Below the pieces are notes generated by a model that saw only the letters and a list, made by a program, of their open reading frames with translations, did not search any database and was not told the origin of the DNA. From NCBI GenBank assembly GCA_002269645.1, contig NIVC01000404.1, positions 186,001-250,000 on the forward strand: a DNA stretch of 64,000 nucleotides. Reading direction: 5' to 3'. Made by a program: the position numbers and the translations under genes. This document shows positions 1-18,824 of the stretch, piece by piece; positions within the stretch are counted from its first letter, which is position 1; each line of letters opens with the position of its first letter. Source of the stretch: Macrostomum lignano (taxonomy: Eukaryota).

Positions 1-32
1 TTTGTGTGGCCATAGAGAATAGGGACAGGGAA

Positions 33-430
<398 letters not shown>

Positions 431-441
431 GAAACCCTTAC

Positions 442-3400
442 CATTAATCACCCTGACTATGCGCCACAGCAGGAACAGGACAATAACGGACACCTCCGAG
501 GACTCGAGTTTGACGAACACGACGTCAGCTACGAAGGACACGGCGATAACGACCGCGTCCACAACCTGCGGTGTCGGGAGTGTACGGAGTGGAGGGGAGG
601 AATTAGAGAGGGAATTTAGGGATCAGTGTGAGGATTTGAAGTCAGGGTTTTGTGTCTAAAAAGATTAGGGATCACAGAAGGAGAGTAGGGATCAGAGAGG
701 GAGATTAGGGGTCAGAGAGGGAGATTAGGGGTCAGAGAGGGAGATTAGAGATCACAGAGGGAGATTAGAGATCGGAGAGGGAGATTAGGGATCAGAGAGG
801 GAGATTAGGGGTCAGAGAGGGAGATTAGGGGTCAGAGAGGGAGATTAGGGGTCAGAGAGGGAGATTATTGATCACAGAGGGAGATTAGAGATCGGAGAGG
901 GAGATTAGAGTTCAGAGAGGGAGATTAGGGGTCAGAGAGGGAGATTAGGGGTCAGAGAGGGAGATTAGAGATCAGAGAGGGAGATTAGATACCAGAGAGG
1001 GAGATTAGGGATCAGAGAGGGAGATTAGGGGTCAGAGAGGGAGATTAGAGTTCAGAGAGGGAGATTAGGGGTCAGAGAGGGAGATTATTGATCACAGAGG
1101 GAGATTAGGGGTCAGAGAGGGAGATTAGAGGGTCAGAGAGAAAGATTCGCGATCAGGAATCAGGAATCAGGATCAGGAAGATTAGGAACCGGAGGTAATC
1201 CTGAACTTCTGAGTAATAAATCCCGAACTCTAGTATTTACCGTACCTCAAACCTGTCGCGCAGAAACCCCCTGCCCAGGCAGACAATCTTCAGGGCCACC
1301 TCGGAGACGAACAGCGCCAAGATGGCGATGCTGACGAAGTGCAGCACGGCGGAGGCCGAGTGCAGCAGACGGGCCTGGCTGAACTCGAAGTGGAAGCTGC
1401 TGAACAGCGACGGCCCGCTGGAGTTGCTCGGCGAGGCTGGCGCCGAAGTCGACGCTGAAGAGGACGAGTTGACGCGAGCGTCTGACAGCGCGGTCACGAT
1501 GGCGTTCATCCCGGAGGCCAGCTTCTCGGCGAACTGAGGCGCCGCCAGCAGCTGCTGGGAGAACTCGGGCAGCAGGAGGCCGCGCTGTGCCAGCGGCTTT
1601 GAGAAGCTGCGATTAACGAAGGCGGCTGTTCGAGCGAACGCGGACTCGAGTTCCTGCTTCTCGCCTGGCGAGGAGGATTAGAGATTAAGGATTAAGGATT
1701 AGGGATAAAGGATTAGGGATTAGGGATTAGGGATTAGGGTATAGGGATTAGAGATTAAGTATTAGGGCATAGGGATTAGGGATTAGGGAATAGGGTATAT
1801 GGATTAAAGACTAGGGTATAGGGATTAGGGATTAGAGATTAGGGTATAGGGGTTAGGGATTAGAAATTAGGGTATAGGGATTAGGGATTAGAAATTAGGG
1901 TATAGGGATTAGGGATTAGAGATTAGGGTAAAGGGATTAGGGATTAAGGATTAGGGTAAAGGGATTAGGGATTAAGGATTAGGGTAAAGGGGTTAGGGAT
2001 TAAGGATTAGGGTAAAGGGATTAGGGATTAGGGATTAGAGTATGGTGATTAGGGATTAGGGATTAAAACGAGGGATTTGCCCATATCGGCGAAGAGAGGA
2101 TTGAGTCTCTCTCCTCTGAGTAAGAAATAGAAGATTCATGACTCAAGCTTTAAACCAATACATCCCAGATCGAATCCATTTTTTTAAATATCGTTAAAAA
2201 CAAACAACAGAAATTAGCATAAAAATTTAAACTCAGCAGACAGTAAATTATAATAGTTAGAATGTTTCGAGAAAAAATCGATAAGAAAGTCCGATAAACT
2301 ATACGAAAGCAGTTGGGTTAATTTCGATAAGAATTCGATTTCGAATCAGTTTCAATGCACGACTCAGAATAAAGTTTCAGCTGCATGGTGGGAAAGGTCA
2401 CCGGGGCTTGGGCTGCCCGCGCAGCACTTGCCCAGTGCTCGAGGCCTTTGAAACTTCACGATAGCAATCTGAACTCTTAAGATTTATGTCTTTTCTCAGA
2501 TCTCTATTCTCCTCTCTCATCTCTCACCTCTCCTCTCTCCTCTCTCCTCTCTCCTCTCTCCTCTCTCCTTTCTCCTCTCTCCTCTCTCCTCTCTCCTCTC
2601 TCATCTATCCTCTCTCATATCTCCTCTCCACTCTCCCCTCTCTCCTCTCTCCTCTCTTCTCTCTCCTCTCTCATCTCTCCTCTCTCTCTTCTCTCCTCTC
2701 TCCTCTCTCCTCTCTCCTCTCTCATCTATCCTCTCTCATCTCTCCTCTCTCCTCTCTCATCTCTCTTCTCTCCTCTCTAATCTCTCCTCTCTCCTCTCTC
2801 CTCTCTCCTCTCTCCTCTCTCCTCTCTCCTCTCTCCTCTCTCCTCTCTCCTCTTTCCTCTCTCCTCTCTCCTCTCTCCTCTCTCATATCTCCTCTCTCCT
2901 CTCTCATATCTCCTCTCTCATATCTCCTCTCTCATCTCTCCTCTCTCATCTCTCCTCTCTCATCTCTCCTTTCTCATATCTCCTCTCTACTCTCCTCTCT
3001 CGTATCTCCTCTCTCCTCTCTCCTCTCTCCTCTCCTCTCTCCTATTTCCTCTCTCCTCTCTCCTCTCTCCTCTCTCATCTCTCCTCTCTCCTCTCTCATC
3101 TCTCTTCTCTCCTCTCTCCTCTCTTCTCTCTCCTCTCTCCTCTCTCCTCTCTCCTCTCTCCTCTCTCCTCTCTCCTCTCTCCTCTCTCATCTCTCCTCTC
3201 TCTCCTCTCTCCTCTCTCCTCTTTCCTCTCTCCTCTCTCATCTATCCTCTCTCATCTCTCCTCTCTCCTCTCTCATCTCTCTTCTCTCCTCTCTCATCTC
3301 TCCTCTCTCATCTCTCCTCTCTCTCTCTCTCTCCTCTCTCCTCTCTCCTCTCTCCTCTCTCCTCTCTCCTCTCTCCTCTCTCCTCTCTCATCTATCCTCT

Positions 3401-6400
3401 CTCATCTCTCCTCTCTCCTCTCTCATCTCTCTTCTCTCCTCTCTAATCTCTCCTCTCTCCTCTCTCCTCTCTCCTCTCTCCTCTCTCCTCTCTCCTCTCT
3501 CCTTTTTCCTCTGTCCTCTCTCCTCTCTCCTCTCTCATATCTCCTCTCTCCTCTCTCATATCTCCTCTCTCATATCTCCTCTCTCATATCTCCTCTCTCA
3601 TCTCTCCTCTCTCATCTCTCCTTTCTCATATCTCCTCTCTACTCTCCTCTCTCGTATCTCCTCTCTCCTCTCTCCTCTCTCCTCTCCTCTCTCCTATCTC
3701 CTCTCTCCTCTCTCCTCTCTCCTCTCTCATCTCTCCTCTCTCCTCTCTCATATCTCCTCTCTCCTCTCTCCTCTCTCCTCTCTCCTCTCTCCTCTCTCCT
3801 CTCTCCTCTCTCCTCTCTCCTCTCCTCTCTCCTCTTCTCTCTCCTCTCCACTCTCCTCTCTCGTCTTCTCTTTCCCCTCCTCTACTCTATCCTTTGTACT
3901 CTCTCCTCTCTCTCCTCTCTCCTCTATCATATCTCCTCTCTCCTCTCTCCTCTCTCCACTCTCCTCTCTCCTCTCTCCCCTTTCGTCTCTCCTCTCTCTT
4001 CTCTTCTCTCTCGTCTCTCCTCTCTTTTCTCTTATCTCTCTACTGTCCTCTCTCCTCTCTCCTCTCTCCTCTATCATATCTCCTCTCCTCTCTCCTCTCT
4101 CCTCTCTCCACTCTCCTCTCTCCTCTCTCCCCTTTCGTCTCTCCTCTCTCTTCTCTTCTCTCTCGTCTCTCCTCTCTTTTCTCTTATCTCTCTACTGTCC
4201 TCTCTCCTCTCTCCTCTCTTCTCTCTCCTCTCTCATATCTCCTCTCTCATATCTCCTCTCTCATATCTCCTCTCTCATATCTCCTCTCTCTCATATCTCC
4301 TCTCTCATATCTCCTCTCTCATATCTCCTCTCTCATATCTCCTCTCTCATATCTCCTCTCTCATATCTCCTCTCTCATATCTTCTCTCTACTCTCCTCTT
4401 CTTTCATATCTCCTCTCTTCTCTCCTCTCTCCTCTCCTCTCTCCTCTCCTCTCTCTCTCTCTCTCTCTCTCCACTCTCCTCTCTCCTCTCCTCTCTCCTC
4501 TCTCATATCTCCTTTCTACTCTCCTCTCTCATATCTCCTCTCTCCTCTCTCCTCTCTCCTCTCTCATCTCTCCACTGTCCTCTCTCCTCTCTCCTCTCTC
4601 CTTTCTCTCTCTCCTCTCTCATCTCTCCTCTCTCATCTCTCCTCTCTCCTCTCTCATATCTCCTCTCTCCTCTCTCATATCTCCTCTCTCCTCTCCTCTC
4701 TCCTCTCTCCTCTCTCCTCTCTTCTCTCTTCTCTCTCCTCTCTCATCTCTCCACTGTCCTCTCTCCTTTCTCCTCTCTCCTTTCTTCTCTCTCCTCTCTC
4801 CTCTCTCCTCTCTCCTCTCCTCTCTCCTCTCCTCTCTCCTCTCCTCTCTCCCTCTCCACTCTTCTCTCTCGTCTTCTCTTTCCCCTCCTCTACTCTATCC
4901 TTTGTACTCTCTTTTCTCTCCTCTTCTCTCTCATCTACCCCGCCATTTCGTACAAGATTCTGTTATCTCACATTGCATTTATTAAAGTTCGCCGTGCACC
5001 ACGTTAAGAATTATCACCAAAATAGCACCACCGCAAGCTGGTACAGAGAGCTACAAACACTCCTGCTAGGCTTTAAAATGAGTCCAAGATAAGATATCAA
5101 ACTACCGTACTTTTAGTAGACTTGTTTGCAAATGATTCAGTCTTTACTTGCCTAAATTTAAATCATTTTATTGTTTTACTTTATAACAAAAATACCTGCA
5201 AAATAAGGCAACGGTTTGAGAAAGATTATAGAGACATTTAGTGGGAGACGATTCTTGATGAGGGATTAGCCACTGTTGATAAGGGATTAGCGATTGTTGA
5301 TAAGGGATTAGCCACTGTTGATAAGGGATTAGCGATTGTTGATAAGGGATTAGCGATTGTTGATGACGGATTAGCTATTGTTGATGAGGGATTAGCGATT
5401 GTTGATGAGGGATTAGCTATTGTTGATGAGGGATTAGCTATTGTTGATGAGGGCTTAGCGATTGTTAATGATGGATTAGCGATTGTTGATGAGGGATTAG
5501 CGATTGTTGATGAGGGCTTAGCGATTGTTGATGACGGATTAGCGATTGTTGATGAGGGATTAGCGATTGTTAATGAGGGATTAGCGATTGTTGATGAGGG
5601 ATTAGCGATTGTTGATGAGGGATTAGCGATTGTTAATGAGGGATTAGCGATTGTTGATGAGGGATTAGCTATTGTTGATGAGGGATTAGCTATTGTTGAT
5701 GAGGGCTTAGCGATTGTTAATGATGGATTAGCGATTTTTGATGAGGGATTAGCGACTGCTGATGAAGGATTAGTGATTGTTGATGAGGGATTAGCGATTG
5801 TTGATGAGGGATTAGCGATTGTTGATGAGGGATTAGCGATTGTTAATGAGGGATTAGCGATTGTTGATGAGGGATTAGCTATTGTTGATGAGGGATTAGC
5901 TATTGTTGATGAGGGCTTAGCGATTGTTAATGATGGATTAGCGATTTTTGATGAGGGATTAGCGACTGCTGATGAAGGATTAGTGATTGTTGATGAGGGA
6001 TTAGCGACTGCTGATGAAGGATTAGCGATTGTTGATGAAGGATTAGCGATTGTTGATGAGGGATTAGCGATTGTTGATGAGGGATTAGTGATTGTTGTTG
6101 ATAGATTAGCAATGGCTTTTTGGGAATTAGCCAAGTATTGATTTGAATAAATTCATTGGACTAAGAATTTAACATTAAAATATCTGTGGAACAATAACAA
6201 GGCATTATTCAGTGAACTTCCTTATAGAACAAAATTAGAGCATTGGAACAAAAGACAAAAAAGTCAGCGAACTCACTATTCAAAGCCTTAATCTCCAAAA
6301 TGATCTCAGCAATCACCAACACGGCATCGATGAGCACCAGTGCGCAGAGGACAATCTGGGCCGCGTTGGACCTGATGCACTGCAGCAGCTTCTGCTTCCA

Positions 6401-8134
6401 GCTGTAGGACAAGGGAGCACGTATACTTTTGGGGAGTTATTATTATAATTCAATCCATAGACCAACCGGTAAGCTCCAATTATTAAAAAAAAATCCTGAA
6501 AGGTATAGACCACTATTGGAATCCCATTAGATCTTTATTAGAATGTCATTAGACCATCATCAGAATCCCATTAGAATCTCATTAAATCATTATTCGAATA
6601 TCATTAGACCATCATTAGAATCTCATTAGACCATCATTAGAATCTCATTAGACCATCATTAGAATCTCATTAGACCATCATTAGAATTCCATCAGATCAT
6701 TATTTAAATCCCATTAGATGTATATAATAGTCTCAATAGACCATTCCTAGAATCCCATTGAATCATCATTAAGTCCCATTAGATGAACATTCGAGTCTTA
6801 TTAGATAATCAATAAATCATTCCTAGAATCGAATCTATTTAGATTTTTGTTAGAATTCAAATAGATCCAAATTATAATCCCATTAGATCTTTATTTGAAT
6901 CCCATTAGATCATCATTAAAATGTGGTCAGATAACCACCAGCTCACTCACGTGGATCTTTTGGCCCGATTTTCGGCGGAGCCGAGCTCCGTCTGCAGCAG
7001 ACTCAAATCGATGTTGTCCTTCTGCAGCTGCTTGATGAAGTTCTTGTTGTGCAGCCACCGGTACTGGTAGCCGCAACTGAGAGGATAAAGGGGTTTTAAA
7101 ATTTGTAAATAAAAAAATTTAAAAATTATAGCAAATTAAACTTTGACAACAGAAGAGTTTTGTTACGAAAGTACAGATCTATTACTGTTAGATCTGAGAA
7201 CTGTTCCTGTTAGATTCAACATCTGTTCCTGTTAGATTCAACATCTGTTCCTGTTAGATTCAACATCTGTTCCTGTTAGATTCAACATCTGTTCCTGTTA
7301 GATTCAACATCTGTTCCTGTTAGATTCAACATCTGTTCCTGTTAGATTCAACATCTGTTCCTGTTAGATTCAACATCTGTTCCTGTTAGATTCAACATCT
7401 GTTCCTGTTAGATTCAACATCTGTTCCTGTTAGATTCAACATCTGTTCCTGTTAGATTCAACATCTGTTCCTGTTAGATTCAACATCTGTTCCTGTTAGA
7501 TTCAACATCTGTTCCTGTTAGATTCAACATCTGTTCCTGTTAGATTCAACATCTGTTCCTGTTAGATTCAACATCTGTTCCTGTTAGATTCAACATCTGT
7601 TCCTGTTAGATTCAACATCTGTTCCTGTTAGATTCAACATCTGTTCCTGTTAGATTCAACATCTGTTCCTGTTAGATTCAACATCTGTTCCTGTTAGATT
7701 CAACATCTGTTCCTGTTAGATTCAACATCTGTTCCTGTTAGATTCAACATCTGTTCCTGTTAGATTCAACATCTGTTCCTGTTAGATTCAACATCTGTTC
7801 CTCTTAGAAAAGATCCAACATCTGTTCTTGTTAGAAAAGATCCAACATCTGTTCTTGTTAGATAAGCTCTCCAACATCTGTTCCTGTTAGATAAGCTCTC
7901 CAACATCTGTTCCTGTTAGATAAGCTCTCCAAAATCTGTTCCTGTTAGATAAGCTCTCCAACATCTGTTCCTGTTAGATAAGCTCTCCAACATCTGTTCC
8001 TGTTAGATAAGCCAAAGATGAAGCTGAAAATCAAATATATTCATATTCTGGGCACACTTACCGCCTTCTACTCAAAGCGATGTCGCCTCTCACTTGCGAA
8101 TATATGAGCATAGTAGGTTGCAATGGTCTTATAA
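442..8134 (-). CDS. HVCN1: Voltage-gated proton channel (Hv family), 3'-partial. Exons 8062-8134 (alternative ATG at 8111), 6951-7076, 6277-6401, 1246-1664, 442-565; continues beyond position 1
   Basis: All exons have GT/AG boundaries and consistent phases. Translation: S1 [25 protein letters not shown] (Asp at the human D112 selectivity position, Glu at E119); S2 [23 protein letters not shown] (H140, F150, E153, K157 equivalents); S3 [18 protein letters not shown] (D174, D185); S4 [13 protein letters not shown] (W207, R208, R211, N214). Alignment to human Hv1 is from memory. Confidence 0.92.
662..1145. repeat. 20-bp minisatellite GAGATTAGGGGTCAGAGAGG
   Basis: Direct reading; fills an Hv intron. 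Confidence 0.95.
1675..2066. repeat. Degenerate (GATTAGG)n telomere-like 7-mer array
   Basis: TTAGGGA units mixed with TTAGGGTATAGGGA variants. Confidence 0.9.
2495..4935. repeat. (TCTCC)/(TC)-type polypyrimidine satellite
   Basis: Direct reading; source of the 868-aa SLLSP pseudo-ORF. Confidence 0.97.
5255..6108. repeat. 21-bp minisatellite GTTGATGAGGGATTAGCGATT
   Basis: Direct reading. Confidence 0.96.
6520..6920. repeat. Degenerate CATTAG-core repeat
   Basis: Recurrent ATCATTAGAATC(T/C)CATTAGACC. Confidence 0.8.
7185..8010. repeat. 22-bp minisatellite ACATCTGTTCCTGTTAGATTCA
   Basis: Highly homogeneous core with longer variant units at the right end. Confidence 0.97.
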
Positions 8135-9269
8135 CTTAAAACAATTATAACAATTTGTTGCAATAAAGTTTGAAATTAGGAAATATCCAGGTGAACTGTT
8201 AAGAGCTGTTAGGGAAGATGATAGCGCTTGCTGATGAGGCTCTGCAGTCTCTCTCCGGAAGTAGCCACGCGCATTCGCTCGTGTTTAATAGAAAAATCCC
8301 CCCATTCTTCATCTGCAGCTTCCCTGTCCATACTGTCTCTCTCTCTATTCCATCCATTTTCTGTCCCTCTCTTTCCCCTTCCTCTTCAAGCTCCCCAATG
8401 CCCCCAGGTTGTCTCAAGGAGATCTTGCGACGTTAAACTTGGATTGGTAAAGGCATTTTCAATATTCTCCATCGTTATTCAGCTTCATTTTCAGGGACAT
8501 AGTTGAGAAATTGATAAAATTTAAAAGATTCTCCATTTATGGCCACGGCATAACGGATTTTGTCAATCCAATTGGGCAATCCGAGATATTTTCGTTCTCC
8601 TTGCGATTCTCGTTAACCTCCATCCACCTCGACATCACTCAGCCTCTCTCTCTCGTGCCTCTCTGTCTCAATTGAACAGCCCGCGCGATGCATCGGGGCC
8701 TGAAGCAGCCTTCAAAGCCTGCCATTCTCCTCGATAGGCACAGGTGGTTACTGGGCCGTTGGGGACAATGAGATGGGGGGGATGGTTGAGTTGACTGGTT
8801 GAGCCTTCGGGGGCTCCACATTTGTCGGATAGGTCAATGAATTCACCTTGGTCACGTTTTGTTCTTGTATATTCACTGACGCGAATTAGTTTTTGCTGAT
8901 GAATGCGTGTGTGGCTGTGTGGTTGCTATGCGCTTGTTTTTGACAGTTTTTTCTTTGACAATTCATGTCTTTGCTAACTGTCTGCTTTTTTATTGGATGA
9001 AGAAGAGAAGTATGAGTATAGGCTGCTCAGAGAGAATGCAATTCTGCAATTGTTTTTTTGGGGTGGCGGGGGAGAAACCGGCTTTTTTCCCGTGCAAGAT
9101 TCTCTCTCATATTTTGCTGCCTGAGCGATCAACGTTTTTGTTAGAGATGTACTTTTAGAAGAGCTGAATTAGAGAGCCAGTTTTGAGAGCTACATGTAGA
9201 ATGTAAATTGTCCGAATGATAAGGATGGTAATCCGAACAATAAATAGTGATAATGCAAAGAAGTATAAT

Positions 9270-9790
9270 ATTTCGATAAATAATTATGATAATCCGATAC
9301 GTAAATATCATCATAATCTGACACATTTTATGATAATCCGATACATAATTATGATAATCCAATACATAATTTTGATAATCCGATACATAATTATTATAAT
9401 CCAATACATAATTTTGATAATCCGATACATAATTATTATAATCCAATACATAATTATGATAATCCAATACATACTTATGATAATCTGATACATAATTATG
9501 ATAATCCGGTACATAAATACGATAACCCGATGTATAATTATGATAATCCGATGTATAATAATAATGATAATCTGATACATAATTATGATAATCCAATACA
9601 AAATTATGATAATCCGATGCATAATTATGATAATCCGATACATACTTATGATAATCCAATACATAATTATGATAATCCGATACATACTTATGATAATCCG
9701 ATACATAATTATGATAATCCGATACATAAATATAATAATCCATAGCATAGTTCAGATAATCCGTATAATGAATCTTTATAATCCAATACG
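9270..9790. repeat. 21-bp AT-rich minisatellite ATAATTATGATAATCCGATAC
   Basis: Direct reading. Confidence 0.93.
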
Positions 9791-10239
9791 TACCTACCTA
9801 ATATTAAGCATGACAGTTTGAAACATAAACCTTGATAATCAATATCTTAATTGAATATTGATTAATGCAAGCCATTAACTGTGACAATCAACAAGAGACT
9901 GTGAAACATTCTAAATGTTGTGAAAATTCCATAACTAGACTAAAATTCAATTGACTAAACAAGTAGAATGAACATCATACTGCTGCTACTAATCTACCGA
10001 AATAAGTAGTATGATGCTGTACAAAAGAATTTTCCTATTTTTTTAATAACAATGTCTTAAACATTCCAGTAAAAGTAACACTATTAGCTCCCATATTATG
10101 TTATCCAATAAGGATGTGCCATTCTAGAAAGTTGGAACAAGTTTAACCCTCGTTCTTTGCATTTTTAGCTCGTAAATTATAAGATAATAAAAGCATCACG
10201 ATGGCTTACATTTAGTAGAAAAAAGTACAATATGATTAC

Positions 10240-15677
<5,438 letters not shown>

Positions 15678-15939
15678 AAGGAAACACAATTGTACTGAAT
15701 TGCTATAGCGATTTAAAACTTTACATTGCAATGACGACATTCATTAAGCGAACTCAGTGAAATAATTTATACAGAAGTCTTTGAGTCAATTGGGGTGGCG
15801 ACTCTCAACCAATAATATTCTACTGAGCTGGAGAACTTTTGCCTAATGCCTGTACGTCTGCATGTGGGCATCTATAGTGACAGCTGACTGATCCTGTATG
15901 TACTTTAATCTCTGGATCTGGTTGAGCTGGAGAAGTCAA

Positions 15940-16475
15940 CTTGGGGTGTCTTCTTGACCAATTGGGGGTCTTTTCAAAAATAGGGTGTCTTCTTGACCAA
16001 TTGGGGGTCTTTTCGAAAATAGGGTGTCTTCTTGACCAATTGGGGGTCTTTTCGAAAATAGGGTGTCTTCATGAGTTGGGGTGTCTTTTTGAATTGGGGT
16101 GTCTTTGAATTGGGGTGTCTTCTTGAGTTGGGTTGTCTTCTTGAGTTGGGTCGTCTTCTTGAATTGGGGTGTCTTCTTGAATTGGGGTGTCTTCATCACC
16201 AATTGGGGTGTCTTCTTCACCAGTTGGGGTGTCTTCTTCACCAGTTGGGGTGTCTTCTTCACCAGTTGGGGTGTCTTCTTCACCAATTGGGGTGTCTTCT
16301 TCACCAGTTGGGGTGTCTTCTTCACCAATTGGGGTGTCTTCTTCACCAATTGGGGTGTCTTCTTCACCAATTGTTGTGTCTTCACACTAATCGGGGGTCT
16401 TCTCGGAATTTGCTGTGTCTTTTTGAATTGGGGTGTCTTCTTTTCGAAATTGGGGTGTCTTCTCCTATTGAAGTT
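15940..16475. repeat. 21-bp minisatellite TTGGGGTGTCTTCTTCACCAA and variants
   Basis: Direct reading. Confidence 0.92.
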
Positions 16476-16589
16476 TCTTCTTCCACTTTAAGTCCGAACT
16501 CTTAGTTCTAGGCTGGAGTGTTTTACTCATTCATGACAGGGCTGTCTGTGTAACTCTAAGATTGTCTTCTCTAAGTTCGATGTATATAA

Positions 16590-16730
16590 TCAAGAGACAA
16601 GGGGCGCCCACCAAGAGACATTGGCGCTAACCAAGAGACAGGGGGCGGCCAAGAGACAGGGGTTGCCCACCAAAAGAGACAGGGGCGCCCACCAAGAGAC
16701 AGGGGTCGCCAACCAAGATACCACAAGACC
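16590..16730. repeat. ~22-bp repeat CCAAGAGACAGGGGCGCCCA
   Basis: About 6 diverged copies. Confidence 0.8.
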
Positions 16731-17354
16731 AATACCAAAAACGATACAACTTGAAGCAACACGCAAAGCACCCGATGCACTTTTTGTTTGTGCTCAGCGC
16801 AGTGCCATGCTTGAGTGGACACAGGAGAGTCCAACTTTCAAGAGAGTTCACAGCCTTCAAGACCGAAAATCTACTTATACGCAGCAATTCAGCGTAACCG
16901 CTAGCACGACTTGATAATTTTATCTGGCAATTGAGCTGATGCAATTATTGCAGATCAATAAAGCGAAGAAGACCTCGCAGAGTGCCTCATGAATTAATCG
17001 AATCCGCGCAAGACAGACAGACAGGACAGGCAGATACACAGATAGAGACAAGTCAAGGATGTCCTACATGGCCAACATGCAGCTTAGTTTGGGCTTTCTA
17101 TAGCCCCGTTAATTACCTAACTATACACAAGCATAACAAACATTTATCTGTACATTTGTATCTTTTGTAAAAAGCACTTCCGGATGGCACAGGCTTTAAC
17201 TTAGAGAAGACACGTTTGATACTTTGCACATGTTATTATGTCAAATAAGCTTAATATTGTAATTTTTAACTTTGTTTGCGATTATCACCCTCACTTCAAG
17301 CATATATAAAAACATTAACTAAATATTTCATATTACCTAGATAATAGCTTATTA

Positions 17355-17690
17355 ATGACCAAAATTTATGCTGCTTTATGACCAAAACTCATGTTTCTCA
17401 ATCATGAACTACCGTGATGTCTTGCTCTTTTACAATATGACCGAAATTCATGTTGGTTTATAACCAAAATTCATGACCAGAATTCATGCTGTTTTATGAC
17501 CGAAGTTCATGTTGGTTTATGATCGGTATTCATGTCCTTTATGATCAAAATTCATGTTGGTTATGACCGAAGTTCATGCTGTTTTATGACCGACGTTCAT
17601 GTTGTTTATGCCCGGAATTAATGTTGGTTTATGACCGAAGTTCATGTTGGTTGATGACCAGAACTCATGACGTTTTATGACTCAAACTCA
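17355..17690. repeat. Degenerate ~23-bp repeat TTATGACCGAAGTTCATGTTGGT
   Basis: Direct reading. Confidence 0.8.
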
Positions 17691-18824
17691 CAAGAAACGA
17701 CCGAAACAGCAGCAACATTTCTTTTGCATGGATTTCGGTGAAAGAATAAAATTGCAACTTGCTTCAACTGATTACAAATTGTCTAATAATAATTGTATTT
17801 TGATGCGAAATTTTAAATAACAATTTGTAATAGGCGGATATGGCTACATTAATAAATATTACTATATGTAATAACCAGTATCAAGTAAACAGTTTCGTAT
17901 AAAAATGAATTTTCATGCCCTAAGAAACACACAAAGTACGCCTTGATTTCTTGGAATAGATATAGATTCAATTATTTATTTAAGCGCAGGACAGTTACAA
18001 CATAAAACCAAACACTGATTATACTAGATTATACTACTAAAAGATAAAATAATAAAAAAACCTAAACACCCAACGATCAGCAGTTATTGTTGCAAATTTT
18101 ACCGAGGACCAACTACTTACAGTAGAGTGATAACGTAAATTAAAAGTTTCACTAAGCTACTAACAAATGTTTTTTTTATTAAAACTAAGCTTCTATAATC
18201 TAACAGTGATCCGATTTTGTAAGCAATAAAGTTGCAAATTTAAAACTGGAAAATATTATTTATAAAAAAGTCTTTACAAGTTGCTAAGCTAACTGATGTG
18301 CCATGTTATAATAAATTAATAATAATTAAACAAACATAAATGATAGAGTTATCACAGACTGACACCAAACAAATGACAAACAATCGGGTTGAAAATAATT
18401 TATGAAATATTAATAACACAACAGAGTGCAGACAGTAAGACACACTCAAACACACACAAAAAGCTTGCAAGACTCCCAAAGCGATTGGAAAAGGAAACAG
18501 ACGTACTTGGATAAACACAAATGATAAACGAGAAAGAACAAACAAAAACAGTGTGTGTTAACTATATATATGCCAAGAGTAGTATTGGATGCGTATTATG
18601 CATTAGAGGTGTGCAACAGTTACATAACTTGTATAGGTAGGCTTATACAAGTTATATATAAAAAAAACACAATCTGGACCAGATGAAGTATCGCAGTTAA
18701 AAATAAATAACTATATGACAGTTATTTTATTAGCACTGCCATTGACTTTAATTGCTATAGGTTGTATTCGCCTGGCTTGACTACTAGAACCTAAAACAGT
18801 AGCAGTAGTGTAGCTGAAATGTTT

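Noticed and set aside
1675-2066. Telomere or interstitial telomeric site
   Set aside because: The unit is mainly the 7-mer GATTAGG, is degenerate and lies in an intron; there is no run of perfect TTAGGG.
2486-5092. 868-aa and overlapping Leu/Ser-rich ORFs
   Set aside because: Translations of a (TCTCC)n satellite inside an Hv intron, on the antisense strand.
5238-6141. IANPSST / LAIVDEG repeat ORFs resembling antifreeze or surface proteins
   Set aside because: A 21-bp intronic minisatellite; a 3n unit without stops explains the ORFs.
442-8134. Voltage-sensing phosphatase, TMEM266 or Kv channel instead of Hv
   Set aside because: The S1 Asp, the S4 WRxxRxxN motif and the S2 His fit Hv. The C-terminus is outside the window, so a fused domain cannot be fully excluded.
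8199-9158. Short ORFs upstream of the Hv exon at 8134
   Set aside because: No motifs, no consistent splice sites, no recognisable homology.
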